Positions 34,126 through 47,643 of a stretch of DNA of 64,000 nt are shown in pieces. The DNA comes from Blastocladiella emersonii ATCC 22665 (lineage: Eukaryota > Fungi > Blastocladiomycota), in NCBI GenBank assembly GCA_025594325.1, contig JANHCV010000009.1, positions 310,001 to 374,000 on the forward strand, given 5' to 3'. The number at the start of each line of letters is the position of its first letter. Position 1 is the first letter of the stretch. Position numbers and translations under genes: made by a program. The notes under the pieces were generated by a model. It was not told where the DNA came from and did not search any database. It was given only the letters and a program-made list of their open reading frames with translations.

Positions 34126-37100
34126 CTACTGCTGGTGGATCGTCGACAACGTCGAGTCGCCGTCGTGCGACGTGAGCCCCGAGTGCATCGAGTTCATGGA
34201 CCCGTAGTCGGCGAGGACGTGCGCGTTGCCCTGCGCGTCGTGCATCACGAACGCGCCGCTCGTGTGGTCCATGCCGCCCATGCCGCCCATGCCGCCCGTC
34301 GGGTCGTGGTACAGGCCCGACGCGTCGTACAAGCCGAAGCTCGGGTCATGGTGGTGCTGGTGCTGCGGCACGTCGACGTGGCCCGACACGGACACGCCGC
34401 CGTAGTCGCCGCCGTACGACGCATGGAAGTCGGCGCCGCCACCGTCGTGGTGGTGCGGGCGCCCATAGTCGGCGTACTGCTGCTGCTGCTGCTGCACGGA
34501 CACACCTCCGCCGTCGTCCCACGCGCCCGGGTGGCGCTGCTGCTGGTCGTCGCCCGCGTACCCCTGCTGCAGATGCTGCGCGGGGACCGCTGATGGCGGC
34601 GCCTCGGTCATGGCCATAGCCATGTGCTGCTGGTCACCACCACCAAACTGCTGGTGCTGGCCCTGCTGGCCCTGCTGGCCCTGCTGGCTCTGCTCCCGCT
34701 GCTGCTGCTGAGCGCGCGCATTGTTGGCGACCGCGGCACCCGACATGGCGCCGGGCCGCGTGGCGAGGTCGTTCCACGTCTTGAGCTGCGAGTAGACGGA
34801 CCGGCCGAGGTCAAAGGGCGTGGCGAGCGGGTTGAACACGTCGCCGAACGCGAGCTCGGCGACCTGCGCGCGGGCGCTCGGGATGCCGTGCGGAGTCGGA
34901 CCGCCACCGCCGTTGCCGCCGCCGGCGAGCATCATGGCGGGCGCTGCGGAGGACGGCTGCTGGTGCATCATCGCTGGACCCGCGCCGCCGCCGTACCCGC
35001 CGTAGCCGGCCCCCGCCGTCGCCGAGGCATTGGCGCGCTGCCGCTGCTGCTGCTGCTGCTGGCGGTACGCGTACTCGGCCTCGGCCGCGTCGTGGTCATC
35101 GTGGTCGTCGGGCGCGAACCCGATCCCGCGGGTACTGCTCCCGCCATCCTCGCCGTCATCGAACTGCGGCATCGCGGACCGGCTGAACCGGCGCGTCGAC
35201 CGCCCCGCCGCCGCACCGCTCCCACTCGACGGTGTGGGCGGGTCGAAGAACGACGGCTGCATCGCGGCCGAGCTGCTGCCACTCCCACCTCCACGATGGG
35301 CCTCGAGGTGCGACGCGGCGGCGCCCGAGTGAAAAAAGTCGGCCTCGGACGGGTCGACGTCGGCGTAGTCGGCGTTGCCACCGTTCGGGCCGAACATCCA
35401 CGACTCGGGGATGCGGGACCGGCGGCGCCGATGGCCACCACCACCGCCGCCGCCTCCACCGCTGGGCGCGGGCGCAGGCGGTGCAGCGGCGGGCGCGGGC
35501 GCCGCGGCCATGGCGGCGAGCAGGTTGACGTGCGACTGCTTGCGCGTAGACCCGCGGAGCGTCATGCGCGAGCTGACGCGGCGCATGCTGCCGCCGCCGC
35601 TGGTCGCGTACGGCTGGGGGTGGTACCCGGTCGTCGACGTGTGGTGCGGCGACTGCGTGAGGGTCAGGGTGCCGACCTTGTTGTGCTGCGCCTGCTGCCC
35701 GTCCTTGCCGTCAAAGATGGACTTCATGGACGGGAACCGGAACGACAGGTTGTGCCCGATCGACTTGTGCATGGTCTCGCGCCGGATCACGATGCGCGTG
35801 TTGTCGATGGCGGGGACGCGCTTGAACGAGATCCTAGACACCCGCACAAAGGTCAGCACCGCGCCACTAACCCACACCACACCACCTCCGCAGAAAAAAA
35901 AACGTACTTGGACGCGCGCGCCCAATGAATCGGCGCCTGGAGCGTGTACTGGACCTGGACCGCGCCGACGGCGAGCGCGAACTTGAGCGACACGAGCAGC
36001 GGGCGCCGCGCCTCGACGAGCTTGTTGCGCGGGAACTCGAAGTTGAGCTGGATGATGTGCTTCTTGGGCTGCACGCCGGGCTCGCCACCGTCGGCACCCG
36101 CGGCGGCCGCGGCCGCGGCTGCGACGCTGCGCATGCTCCGCACGCTGCCGACGCTGCGTAGGTTGCGCACCGAGCCGACGCCGCGGAGGGACCGGCCCAC
36201 ACCGACGCCCGCACCGCCGGGACCGCGGACGGTGCCGGGGTGACCGCGGATCGACCCCATGCCGGGCGGGACCCCGCGGAGCGTGCCGCGGGACTGCTTG
36301 CGGTTGACGGTGCGCCGCTGCTGGGTCCCCGCTCCCGCCGCCGCACTCGCACTCGACCCCGTCGGCGCCGCGCCACGCGTCGTCCCCGCGCCACCCGTCT
36401 TCCGCGACCCCGGCTGCGCACCAGGCACGGGCGTCGACTCGCCCGACGACGTGCCGGAACTCTGCCCGGCGGCCGCGGTACCCATCCACGCCCACGGGTT
36501 CTCGGCTCGCTCCGCGCGGCCCGTGACGAGGACAGTCGGGTCGCGCGGGGACCCGAGGAACGCGGTCGGGCCGGCGCCGCGGGGCGCGGCGACGACGTCC
36601 GGGACGCCGGCGACGCGGACGGCGAGGACCATGCACCCGACGACGCGGTTGCGCGGGTCGAGCTTCACGTGCGACGCGGTCGGGGTGACGGTCATGACGG
36701 CGGTCGGCGGCGGGCCGCGGAGGGTGCCGCGGGACTGGGACTGCGGCTCCGCGGCAGGTGCGGCGGCAGCGGCGGACGTGGTGCCGTACTGGAACTGGTG
36801 CGGGACGCCCGAGACGGACCCGAGGAACGCCGAGCGCGCCTGCTGGAAGTTGGACGTGGACGCGGGGTTGCCGCGCCGGGTATCGTGCGGCGTCGGCTGC
36901 TGCTGCTGGTTACGCGAGTACCGACGGCGGTCCTCCTCCTCTTCTTCGCCACCGCTCGACGCGTCCTCAAACTCGTCGTCGCCGTCGACGTCCGGAAACC
37001 GGTCGGTGCGGACCGACGAGTAGTCAGGGAGCGGCGGGCGCGAGGCGCGGGACGCGCGCGCGGTACCTTGCGGCGCGTACGTCGGCGACGGCGGCTGGTA

Positions 37101-38092
37101 CTGCCCGCCGGTCGGCTCGTACTGGAGCGACATACGGCGCGTCGACCGCCCACTGAACCCCTGCTGGCCCTGCATGGGTGGCGGCGGCGAGAACATATCG
37201 CTCGTCAAACTACCGACGGACGTCGACACGACGCTGGGCCCGACGCTGACGGGGGTTGGCGGCTGCGCGTGCGCGTGCGGGTGCCCCTCGTACGCGGACC
37301 GGAGCTGGTCGTACAGGCGCGCGTTCCCGTCCTTGCCGGCGCCGCCGAACCGCCACGACGGCGGCGGCGTCATGGACCGCGGCGGCGCTGCGGCCACAAG
37401 CGCGCGCTGCGCCTGCGCGCGGTGGTACTCCTGGTGCTGCATCCGCTGCTGTTGTTCTTGAGCGGCGTAGTACCGCTCCTCCTCCTCCTCGCCGGGCGAC
37501 GGCGCGCGTCGCTGCGGGGGAGCGGCGGGGTACGACATGCGCACCGTGGGCGCGCGGGCCTGCGGCTGCTGCTGGCGCGGCTGGAAGTACTGCTGCTGCT
37601 GGGTCTGCGACGCGGCATCCCAATCGTCCGAGTCGGCCGAGGCAAACTCGATGCCGGGGTGCAGGATCGACGCGCGCGAGCGCATCGAGACGAGCGACGG
37701 CATCGCGCTGAGCGACCGCTTGTGGCGGAGCGCGCGCGCGGTGCGGGGCTGGACGGGGGAGAGCGCGCGGTTACCTGTGGCCGCAGCCTGGGCGGCGGGC
37801 GATGGGCCGGGCGGCGCGGGCGAGGAGGATGGCGGCATCCATGACGCGCGACGCGTCTGGTACTGCTGGTTCGAGGCGGGCGGTGGCGGCGGCGGCGGGG
37901 CCTGCGCGTACACGGGCTGGCGCTGCTGCTGGGCCTGCTGCTGGGCGGCGAACGCGGGGTGGAGAACCGGCTGCGCGCGCATCGGCTGCTGCTGCTGCTG
38001 CTGCGTGACGGGGTGCTGCTGCTGCTGCTGGTACACGGGCTGCACGGGCTGCGGCGCGGGCGGCGACGGGGCGAACGAGCCGGGGAGGTACC

Positions 38093-38127
<35 letters not shown>

Positions 38128-39215
38128 TGCTGAACCGGCACCCGCTGGTGCTGCTGCTGCTGCTGCTGGTTCGCGGCCGCGACCATGGACTGGCGGCGCG
38201 GCGGGACCTGCTGCACCGGCTGCTGCGGCTGACCCACGCGCTGCTGCTGCTGCGCCACCGCCACCGCCACCGGTGCACCAGGCCCCCGCTGCACAACCGG
38301 CTGCCGCTGCTGCGCGTGCTGCCCGCCCGGGAGGACCGGCACGGCGTTCGGGTTGCGCGGCGGGATGTAGACGGCGGGTTTCGGGTGGCGGATCCGCGCG
38401 TGGATGCGCAGGCTGCCGTTACTGCCCGTGCGCTCTTTCGCGCCGGCGAGCGACTTTGGGGCGGCACCGCCGCGCGTGGTCTGCTGGCCGGTGCCCACGG
38501 GGACGGGGATGCGCGAGCGCATGGTCTGCGGCGGCGGGAGCGGGGTGGTGGGCGAGGTGGGCGACGGGTACGCAGCGGCCGCGGTGGCAGCTGCGACGGC
38601 GGCGGGCGAGGGGAGAGGTGGGAGTGGGGCGGGTTGTTGCGGGACGGCGTACGAGTTGCGGCGGGTCTCGGGCTCGGGCATCGGGATGATGGTCGGGTAG
38701 CGCGGGCCCGCCGCCGCCGGCTGCTGCTGCGCCTGCGCGTGCTGCTGCTGAGGAGGCGGTGGCGAGGGCGACGCGTGTCCGTCGCTCCCGACGACGACGG
38801 GCACGACGTGCGGCTGTCCGCCGGGCCCGCCGGGGACCATGCGGTAGACGACGCGGCCGGGCTCGGCGGTCGACGACGAGGTGGTGGAAGTCGATGCCGT
38901 GGTGACTGAGGACTGCGGGCGCGCGCGGTCCTGCTGGTGCTGCGGGCCAGCCGACGAGGTCGCGGGCATGAGCGAGGATCGGCGCTCGGGCCACGGGCCG
39001 CCGGACCGCTGCGGGGGCATCTGGCGGTTGGAGGCGACGTGGCGGAGCGACTTTGGCGGCGGCTGGTGCTGTTGTTGAGGGTGATGAGGGTGGTGCTGAT
39101 ACGGGCCCAAGGGGCGGGGTACTGGTGGTGGAGGCTGCGACGGGGCCGGGTGCGAGTTGTTGTTGCTCCCGCCGCGCAGGCGCGCGAAGCCGTTGCCGAG
39201 CATCGAGGAGAGCAT
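34126..39215 (-). CDS. Large Gln/Pro/Ala-rich low-complexity protein, unknown function
   Basis: ORFs 35853..39215 and 34126..36636 are joined by an intron near 35840-35910. Small globular segments (KLDPRNRVVGCMVLAVRV; KKHIIQLNFEFP...RISFKRVP). A further upstream exon is possible. Confidence 0.6.
38095..38131. repeat. (CTG/CAG)n microsatellite encoding polyGln
   Basis: tgc repeats read as QQQQQQQQQQQQ on the minus strand. Further shorter tracts occur at about 37985-38030 and 38148-38168. Confidence 0.9.
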
Positions 39216-40348
39216 CTACGCGCGGATCGAGGGGATCAGGAGCTGGTCGAGGAGCGAGTCGTAGTCGGGCGGGCGCGTACCTCGGAGCGGTCAGCGAGGT
39301 GGAGTCAGCGGCGACCTGCGCCGGGATGGATGGCGAAGAGTGCGACGATGGGTCCAGTCGCCACCAGGTCGAGTGCGCGGGTCGAGACGAGCGAGATGGT
39401 CGGGTGCGAGCGAGGGCCAGAGTGAAGCCGACGAGGTCGAGCCAGCCGACGACGGGGACGGGGACGTGGCAGCGATCGAGCAGCCAGGCAAAGCGCACTT
39501 GCCCGATTCTGCGCGAGGGTTGCTGCGTGGTGCAGAGGTGCAAGAATACGGCCGATTATCGTGGGAGGGAGAGAGGACGAGGGCGGGCGAGGGGAGCCGC
39601 GGAGAGATGGCGGTGAGAGCGACGCGTCGGGGCGAGACGCGTGGGAGCGGCCGGCCACCTTTGCTGCGAGTCACGCCGTGTGAGACACGCGCGCCCTTCC
39701 GAGCCGCAATCCGTTGCACGCTCGCTCCCACGCTGCGCTCGAGCGCTAAATTAATCAAGCGGGCGAGGGCTGAGCACCTGTGCGAGCTGCTCGGGGCGGA
39801 GACAACAGCGCGCGCGCGCACGGGCGTGGGAGCGCGGGCAGGTTCGGGCTGCGCGAGCCGACTTGCCTCCGCGAGCGCTTGCCTGACTTGCTCTCGCCTC
39901 GCTTCATGAGATGACTGACATGCTTCGCGCTCTCCGTGCATCGAGATTGTCTTCGCTGAACGGCAGTGTGAGCAGCGAGAGCGAGGGCCGCGAGCGCGAC
40001 GAGTCGCCGGCGAGAGCGCTGTCCTGCTGCGCAGCCTGCTGCGCACGGCTCGCGTCGCGCCGGCTTCGAGACACTGGCGCGACGCGCCTCTGACCGCGTC
40101 GCCGACCACGGCCACGCCTCGCTTCGCACTTGCGATGCTCGGAGTCGCGAGCTCAGGGATCACGCCGCTCCCGCGGCCGCGGACGCGCTGCGCCATCCAT
40201 GCATGCATGTTCGCAGCGAGCGTGGCGGTGGCTCAGCGCGTGGTCGCCGCGGACATCTGCTCGCCGTTCTTGCATCAGACCCGCCGTGAGCGTATGAATG
40301 TAATGAACAAGTGTACAATTGCAACTCCACCTTCACCCTCAACCACAT

Positions 40349-42046
40349 TTACACGAACCGCCCACGATCCTCGTCCTTGCGCCGGCCATCCTTGTTCCCG
40401 ACCTGCCCGTGCAGGGGCCGGTCAGCGTCGGGCGAGTGCGACACCATCATCGCCTGGGCCTTGGCGCTGCGCGCGCGGCGGCGTCGCACCACCACAAACA
40501 GCGCGACGCCCAGCACGACGACGACGACGGCGACAATGGCCGAGACGACGACGCCGCGCGAGGTCCCGAGCGCGGACGAGAGCGCGGCGAGGACGCCCGT
40601 CGCGGACACGCTGCACTGGGCGAGCGGGAACGCCATGCCCTGCTGCACCGTCGCTTTCGCGTTGAGCGCGGCGGCGCGGGGCACGACGACGTGCCCGCCG
40701 CCGAACGCGAGCGGGGTCGCCGCGGCCGAGAGCTTGGCGGTGAGATCTGCGGGCGTGGCGGACGCGTTGGCGCCGAGGTGGAGGGCGAGGACGCCCGCGA
40801 CGAACGGCGCGGCCTGCGAGGTGCCCTGGCGCTGCTCGAAGGCGTTCGCGGCGCCGTTGACGTTGGCCGTGAAATTGGTGGCGCCCCAGATGGCGACGCC
40901 GGGCGCCCAGTACTTAAGGCAGTCGCCGCGGTTCGAGAAGGTGGCGATACGGGGTGCGTAGGCGCCCTGCGCGGTCGCGGACGCCGAGGACCGGTCGAGG
41001 GCGCCGACGACGAACGTGTTGGGGACGTTGGTCATGGACGGGGTACCCGCGGGGACCTGGCAGATATCCACGCCCGAGTTGCCGGCGGCGATGACGACGG
41101 GGACGCCGGCGCGCGTCATGGCGGCGATGGCGTTGGGCAGGGTGTTGCCGCGGAGCGACTCGGTGGACCCGAGCGACATGTTGATGACGGCGGGCTTCTT
41201 GATGTTCTGGGCGAGGAAGTTGAGGGCGTCGACCGCGTCCGACACGCTGCCGGTCTTGTCGCACCCGATGATGCGGAGGCCGTGGACGCGCGCCTTCTTG
41301 GCGATCCCGACGGTCGTGCCGGCAATGACGGACGCGACGTGCGTGCCGTGGCCCGTGCAGTCCGTCTCCTTCTGCCCGGCCTCGCGCACCGACTGCGACG
41401 TGTAGATGTTACTGGCGCGGCCGTCGAATTCCGGGTGCGCGTCGTTGATCCCCGAGTCGATCACGTACACGTTGACGCCGTCGCCCGCGAGATCGAACCC
41501 GTACGTCCCATCGAGCGCGCCGTCCATGGCGTCGAGCCCCCACAGCGCCTCCTTGTTGGGCATCGCGGGGGACTGCAGGCACGCGTTCTCCGTCACCGCG
41601 AAACCGCTTGCCTCGGACGCCTGGTCAAAGCCCGCATCGTCTTCAATGTACGCGACACACGGCACCTTGCCCGCGAGGAGGTCGACGGGGAGCGAGGGCC
41701 CCGAGTACGTGACCTTGAGCCCGCGCACGCCCATGACGTTGAACCCCCACTGCGCCGTGACGCCGACCGCCTGCAGCAGCGGCCGCATCGTCTCGAGGCT
41801 GCCCGCCGCGGAACTGCACTCGTCCTTGATCCCGATCAGGTACGAGTGCGGACGTGCGCGGGCGCCGCTCGCGTTGTTGGGCAGGTACCGCACCGCGGCG
41901 GCGGCCGCCGTGTTGACGATGGCCGTGATGTTCGGGTTCGAGGAGGGGGAGGGGGAGGAGCCCGACGGCGCGCCGGACGCGCGGTTGAGGATGGTCGCGA
42001 GGGCGTCGGTGGCGGCCTGCTGCTGGTTGGTGGTGGTCGACGACAT
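40349..42046 (-). CDS. Subtilisin-like (S8, proteinase K type) serine protease with C-terminal TM helix
   Basis: Catalytic motifs VYVIDSGI, GHGTHVAS, AAGNSG and GTSQAAPFVAG. TM helix VVVSAIVAVVVVVLGVALFVVV followed by RRRR. The true start may lie upstream. Confidence 0.88.
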   Translation of the reverse strand: MSSTTTNQQQAATDALATILNRASGAPSGSSPSPSSNPNITAIVNTAAAAAVRYLPNNASGARARPHSYLIGIKDECSSAAGSLETMRPLLQAVGVTAQWGFNVMGVRGLKVTYSGPSLPVDLLAGKVPCVAYIEDDAGFDQASEASGFAVTENACLQSPAMPNKEALWGLDAMDGALDGTYGFDLAGDGVNVYVIDSGINDAHPEFDGRASNIYTSQSVREAGQKETDCTGHGTHVASVIAGTTVGIAKKARVHGLRIIGCDKTGSVSDAVDALNFLAQNIKKPAVINMSLGSTESLRGNTLPNAIAAMTRAGVPVVIAAGNSGVDICQVPAGTPSMTNVPNTFVVGALDRSSASATAQGAYAPRIATFSNRGDCLKYWAPGVAIWGATNFTANVNGAANAFEQRQGTSQAAPFVAGVLALHLGANASATPADLTAKLSAAATPLAFGGGHVVVPRAAALNAKATVQQGMAFPLAQCSVSATGVLAALSSALGTSRGVVVSAIVAVVVVVLGVALFVVVRRRRARSAKAQAMMVSHSPDADRPLHGQVGNKDGRRKDEDRGRFV

Positions 42047-42609
42047 GGTCAAGGGAGGGGAAATGATTGGGAGGGAGGGAGGAGGTCTATACAAGTGTAG
42101 GGTATCACGCTCGGGATGCGTGGAGAGAGAGGAGAGGGAGAGCGCTGCGATGGGGCCGTCGTCAGCAAACTTTCCTCGCGGATGATGATGCCCGGTGCCG
42201 GCCCTCGAGGAAGGTAACAAGGAGAGGGACACTCACCTGATGGCGACTGCGACGGCGACGGCGGTAAGGGACGGATGGGGATGAAGTTGCCGCAAGTGCG
42301 CCACACGACGCTAACGGCGGAGAGGATGATACGGCGAGGACGACTCGCCGAGGTGTTGACGACGAGAGAGCGAGCGAGAGCTGCGCCGCAGCAAGTTCTT
42401 CATGAGCCCCGCCCGCTGCGTGAGTGGACGGAGAGGTTCGAGAGCGCCAGCGGGGCTTGGCAGCAGATCGCCCGCCGACCTGGTGGCGATCCGCCGTGGC
42501 GCACACACGGGGCCTTCGGCGCCACTCACACACGTGGCCTCCGCCAACACGATCTCTCCTTTCATGGCCCCGCGAATCGCTTCTCTCTTGCCTAGCGTGT
42601 ATGAAACTC

Positions 42610-44598
42610 TCATGAGAACAGCGATCGCCGGCCCACAACATCCAGCAACCACCCGACGGCCGACCGCACGCTCGCCACGACCTCGCCCGCGCTCGCCGGC
42701 GGCTCCCCAGGCAACGAGTCCGCCAACCCGCCGCCCGCGACCTCGTGCGCATCGAGGGTGCCGTACCCCCACCCGGTCCCCCGGGCGACGGCGCGCGCGA
42801 GGGTCGCGGGGTCGCGCGGGCGGGACGGGGACCGGCGGCGCTGCGCTGCTGGCGGCTCTGCTGACGGCGCGGGCGACGCCGGTGGTAGTGGGGGAGGCGG
42901 AACCCCCGTCGCGTACGGCAGCGCCAGGAGCGCGAGCGTGTCCGTGTCGATGTGAAAGGGGGGCAGCGCGTGGTCGCGGCCGCGCGCGAGGTCTTCCTTC
43001 GCCCACGTCGGGTCCGGGTCCGGGTCCGCGCAGTCTTCCACGGGGTCGCTCGGTTGCCGCTGGTGTGTTGCCGCCACGGGTGCGGCCGGTGGTGGTGGGA
43101 GCGGCGAGGGGGTGGGCGGCGGGGGCGGGACGTCCTCGGCGTCGGGCGACGACAGCAGGTCCTCGACGAGCCCGCACAGGACGTGGAACTCTTCTTCGAC
43201 GGGCGAGCGGATCGCGGCTGCCGCGGTTGTGGAGGAGGTCGGGGAGGCAGGCAGCTGTGGCTGGCGCAGCGATTTCGGCGGCGGCGGGACCGTGAGCTTC
43301 ATCGGCTTCGCTACCAGCACAGGAGCGGCAGCGACGACAGGCCGCGGGACCGGCGACCGCCCCCTGCGCCGGTCCGCGTCGCCCATGGACCCGGCCCTCG
43401 CCCTCCTCGCCCCCGTCCCCACCCCCTCCCCCTTGACCTTGGCGTCCATCCCGATCCACGCCTCAACCACCCGTGGCACCGCGCCCGCTACTTCATCCCT
43501 CGCGAACCCCGCAAGCACGAGACTCCGCGACCGCCGGCGCCGATGCGCGACGATCTGCGTGCCCGCGAACACGCGCTCCTCGACCACGTGGTTGAACCGC
43601 ACCGTGTCGGGGACGCCGCCGCGGCCGTACCGCTCGTGCCACGTCGCGTCCACGGGCATCGGGTGCGTCGCGGTGCTCGTGCAGACGAGGACGAGGTTGG
43701 GTGGGGCGGAGGTGGAGGAGGGAGGGCGAGGGGTTTCGGCGTCGCTCCCCTCGTCCTCCTCGGACGAGGGCGGGGTGACGGACGGGGCGAACAAGCTCGG
43801 CCGCCGCGCCGCCGTGGCCGCGGGAGGTGGGGAGGCGACACGCAGCGCGCGCGACATGGCGGCCGCGTGCTCCTCGGCCGACTGCCGGCGCACGCCGCGC
43901 CGCGCGTGCTGGTGGTGGCGCGGGCGCAGCGGGGACGCGGGCTTGACAGCGTCGGCCGCGTCGCCGTCGTCGTCGTGGTGGAGCCACCCGCCGTCGGCGG
44001 TCCGCTGCAGCAGCTCGCGCAGGGTGTGTCGCTTGAGACACCCGCTGTGCGAGAGGGTGGAGGGCGACGGCGGCGAGTGGGTTGTCGCCGAGGCAAAGTC
44101 CGGGTGGATGTGCGACTTGCGGAAGATCTAGGTGCGCGGGGAGTCAGGGTCAGGGCTGCGGCGTGAGGAGGGCGACTGGGAGAGCGTACGGGTCCCGGCG
44201 CATACAAGTGCGTCGCATCTTTCTCCCAGTGGATCGTGTACGGGTGCGTCTTGGGCAGCTTCCGCGTGCGCTGGATCCTACACGCCCGCTGTATCAGTCC
44301 TGGCCCACCATCGCACAACCCACAAGGCGTACCAGATCCGCCACGTCAGGTACTCAAGCCGCTCGCCCTTGCCTCCCGCGCGGAGGGCGCCGTTCTTGAG
44401 CTTGGTGACGAGCTTCCACGACCCCGTCAGCTCCTCGTCGGTCCACGGGTGGTGCAGGTAGTCGACGTATTGCTGCGGCGGCAGCGACGCCCAGTGCGAC
44501 GGCCACACGCCGCTGCCGGACCCGCCGCCGTCGGCGAGGTTCGGCATCGACTGCGCGCGCGGGCGCGGGCGTGGGCGCGATGGTGGATGGTGTTGCAT
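42610..44598 (-). CDS. Reg1-like PP1 regulatory subunit (DUF1752-containing)
   Basis: YVDYLHHPWTDEELTGSWK and RLEYLTWRIW (DUF1752), plus TVRFNHVVEERV resembling the Reg1 RVxF-type PP1 site. Introns near 44130-44340. Confidence 0.65.
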
Positions 44599-44853
44599 GG
44601 GATGAATACGATTTACATGGGCCGCCGCGGTGCGGGAGCGGGGACCGGACCTCGGCCGGATTCGGGTGCTCACTCACGCTCTCTATCAGTTTATCGTGTC
44701 CCCCAACGCGTCGCGCAGCACAGCGCGAACAGCTCAAGGCGCGCGCGCGATGGTCGGATCCACCGCTGCCGCTACGGCGCGCGGCGGCGTCGACTATTAC
44801 AGGGCGTGGGAAGCGTGTGTGGCGCTGGGTCCGCCACCACCGTCGCGAGATTT

Positions 44854-45815
44854 TTATGCAAAAATGTGCTTGACGACCGCGACCAGGTTCTCGCGCATGC
44901 CCTCGTCGCCGCGGTTGCGCGAGTCGACGAGGAGGACGCGCACCGGCTCCTCCTCCTCTTCCCCATCATCGAACGTGACGGGGACCACGGACCCGCCCCA
45001 CTTACCGCCTTCATCCACCTCGACCGCCTCGTCGACCGGCGGGAGCACCCGCATCCCCGGCGGTAGATGCCGGACGACCGCCTTGTTCTGCTCGAGGTAC
45101 GCGGGCCACACGAGCGCGTCGAAATACCCCGGCGGGTCGGACCAGAAAATCCCGTCACTGCACGCGTACCCTGACCGCGCAGCGCGCCGGGCGCGACACG
45201 TCGCGCCGTCGGCGGCCACGAACACGGCCGCGTCGAACTGCTTGGCGACGGCGCGCGCGTGGTACAGGAGGAACCCGTCGACGAGGACCACCACGCGGTC
45301 GCGGCGGAGGTGTGGGAGCAGGGTGTCGGCGGGCGGGGCCCACGGCATCGCGTCGCGGTCGTCGGCCGCGCGCGTGTGTTCCTGCGCGTCGCGCTCGAGG
45401 GCGTGCTCGGCCCACAGGGCGTCGAGGGCGGCGCGCGAGGGGGCCGACCGGATGGCGGCCAGAACGCGCGACATGAGCGACAGGTCCATGGCGCTCGGCA
45501 GCTCCCAGTTGGCTTCGCCCGTTGCCGGGTCGAGCGGGATCTGGTCGTTGGGCTACGGTTGGGGGGTAGTGAGGCGCAGGGCGGGGAGGGACGGCGGCCG
45601 GGTAGGCGTACCAGGAAAAAGGTGTCCTGGCGCAGCATCCGGACCTCGCACCCGTGCGGCGTCAGGATCCGCCGCAGCTGCTCCGTGAGCATCGACTTGC
45701 CTGTATGACACGGCGACGGCGGCGGCGGGGGTTAGGTTCCGCGGAGGGATCGACAACCCCGAAAGATCGGACCCGACGCGGACGACCCGCCGACTGCAAT
45801 GAGTTGGATATTCAT
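44854..45815 (-). CDS. NRK1: Nicotinamide riboside kinase / uridine kinase family
   Basis: Spliced P-loop IAVGGSSASG|KS, QDTFF, NWELPSAMD, VLVDGFLLY, RRAARSGY and DPPGYFDALVWPAY. Confidence 0.8.
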
Positions 45816-46046
45816 GGTAGGTCTATGCGTTGCGATACGTTGCGTTGTGCGGGGAGAGAGAGCGAGAGCTCGAGAACGGCGACCTCAAACCGGATCGCCG
45901 CTGCCGCTCGGCGTGGCGCAGACTCTCGCAACAGCGTCACGTTTTCTGACGCCATGTGGCGCATCGCGTCGCCGATCTTCGTGAAAACGAGGGCGTGTAC
46001 TTCTTTGCAACATCATAACTGATACGACACAATTTACAAACCCCGC

Positions 46047-47643
46047 CTAGCGCGTGCGCACGCTCCCCGCGTCGCCACCGACGCCGCGCTCCGGGTAGAT
46101 GGTCGCGGGGGACTGCCGCCCGCCGCCGCCCGTCGCGCTGCCCGCGCGCATGCGGGGCGTCGTCGGCATCGCGACCGGCGTGCCGATCCCCTTGTTCACG
46201 CCGATCTCGATCTCGACCTCGGACGCAGGCGACGACGACGAAGTGGCGGGCGGCGGGTGGTCGTGAACCTGTCCGATGCGCCACTGCGCGAACCCAAACG
46301 CCAGGACGAGCTCGATCCCCAAAACCAGGTTGACCGCGATCCACTGCGGCGGGGTATCGTACGCGAGATGCCCGAGCACCGTGTTCGCGGCGCCGAGCCC
46401 GAGCATCGCGTACCCCGCGAGCCAGTGCGCGCGGTCGCGCAGCGGGACCCCCGACCGGTGCGGGTTGAACAGCTTGTCGATGACGACGCCGAGCACGCCC
46501 TGCAGCGGCGCGAGGATGGTGACGGTGAGGCCGAGTTTGCCGTGCGTCGAGTGGAAGTGTGGGACGCCGTCGGACGTCGTCGAGACGACGAGGGCCAGGC
46601 CCGTGATGGTGAGCAGGATCACGAGGGTGAAGACGGCGCGGTGGAGAGGGAACCAGAGGGTTGGAAGGCGGTGCTTGGCGAAGCGCGCGAGGATGATGCT
46701 GGACGGGAGGGGGCAAGTGGGTTGGTTAGTGAACGTCGTGGATGAGGAGCGACTTCCCTAGAAAGCGTACCCGACAAACGACAGGATGCTCCACGCGAGC
46801 GCCATGAACACGCCGTGCAGCGCGAGCGCGACGGCGCGCGTCCGGGCCTTGGCCGAGAGCTTGGGCTTGCCGGCCGCGGCGTTGGCGTCGACAGGCGGGA
46901 GCGCGGGGAGGACCATGGCCGGCACGTCGGCCGCCGCCCCAGCCGTCTCCGTCCCGTTCGCCGCCGCCGTCGCGTTCCCACCACCCGCCGCCGCCGCCCC
47001 CGGCGCAGGCGCCACGACGAGCGGGACCGACGCGTCCGCGTGGTTATACGTGAACGTCTCGGCGTCGGTGTGGATTGGGAGGTTGGCTGCCGACACGCCG
47101 GTGCCCGAGTAATAGGCGTACATCATGGCCATGGTGCCCGGCGACACGGCCTGCGCCTGCGCCGCGGTCCCGACCCGCGCCACGGGCCGCGTCAGCACCA
47201 GCGTGTGCATCCCGTTCGCGTCGGGCGTCGTCGTCGCGCGAACCAGCGTGATGCCCACCGGGTCGCTCGCGGGCGCGGGGGCCGGGGTGTTGAAGCCAGT
47301 GCTAAGGCGGCGGCTCGCGGTCCAGGCGCCCGTCGTTGCGTCTTGCCACAGCATCTACGCGGAATGGTGCGACGCGCAGTGTCAGTGGACGTCGCGACAG
47401 AGCGAGAGGAGAGGGGAAGAAGCGTACCACGACCTCGGCGCTCATCATGTTTCCGCCAAACGCGATAGAGACCCAGCCGGACACCTTGGTCAGGATCACC
47501 ATGTCGACGGCGTCGCCCGCCGCGTTGATCTGCCCCTGGTAGCACAGGTCGTTGGCGCCCCAGCACGTCAGCGGACCCGCGCGCGCCGTGGTCGCGAGCA
47601 GCAGTGCGAGCGCGACGAGGACGAGGACGAGGAGGGAGAGCAT
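46047..47643 (-). CDS. DOMON plus cytochrome b561 protein, copy 3
   Basis: Signal peptide, GWVSIAFGGNMMSAE, LPIHTD, LHGVFM, THGKLG and AHWLAG. Two introns. Confidence 0.82.
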
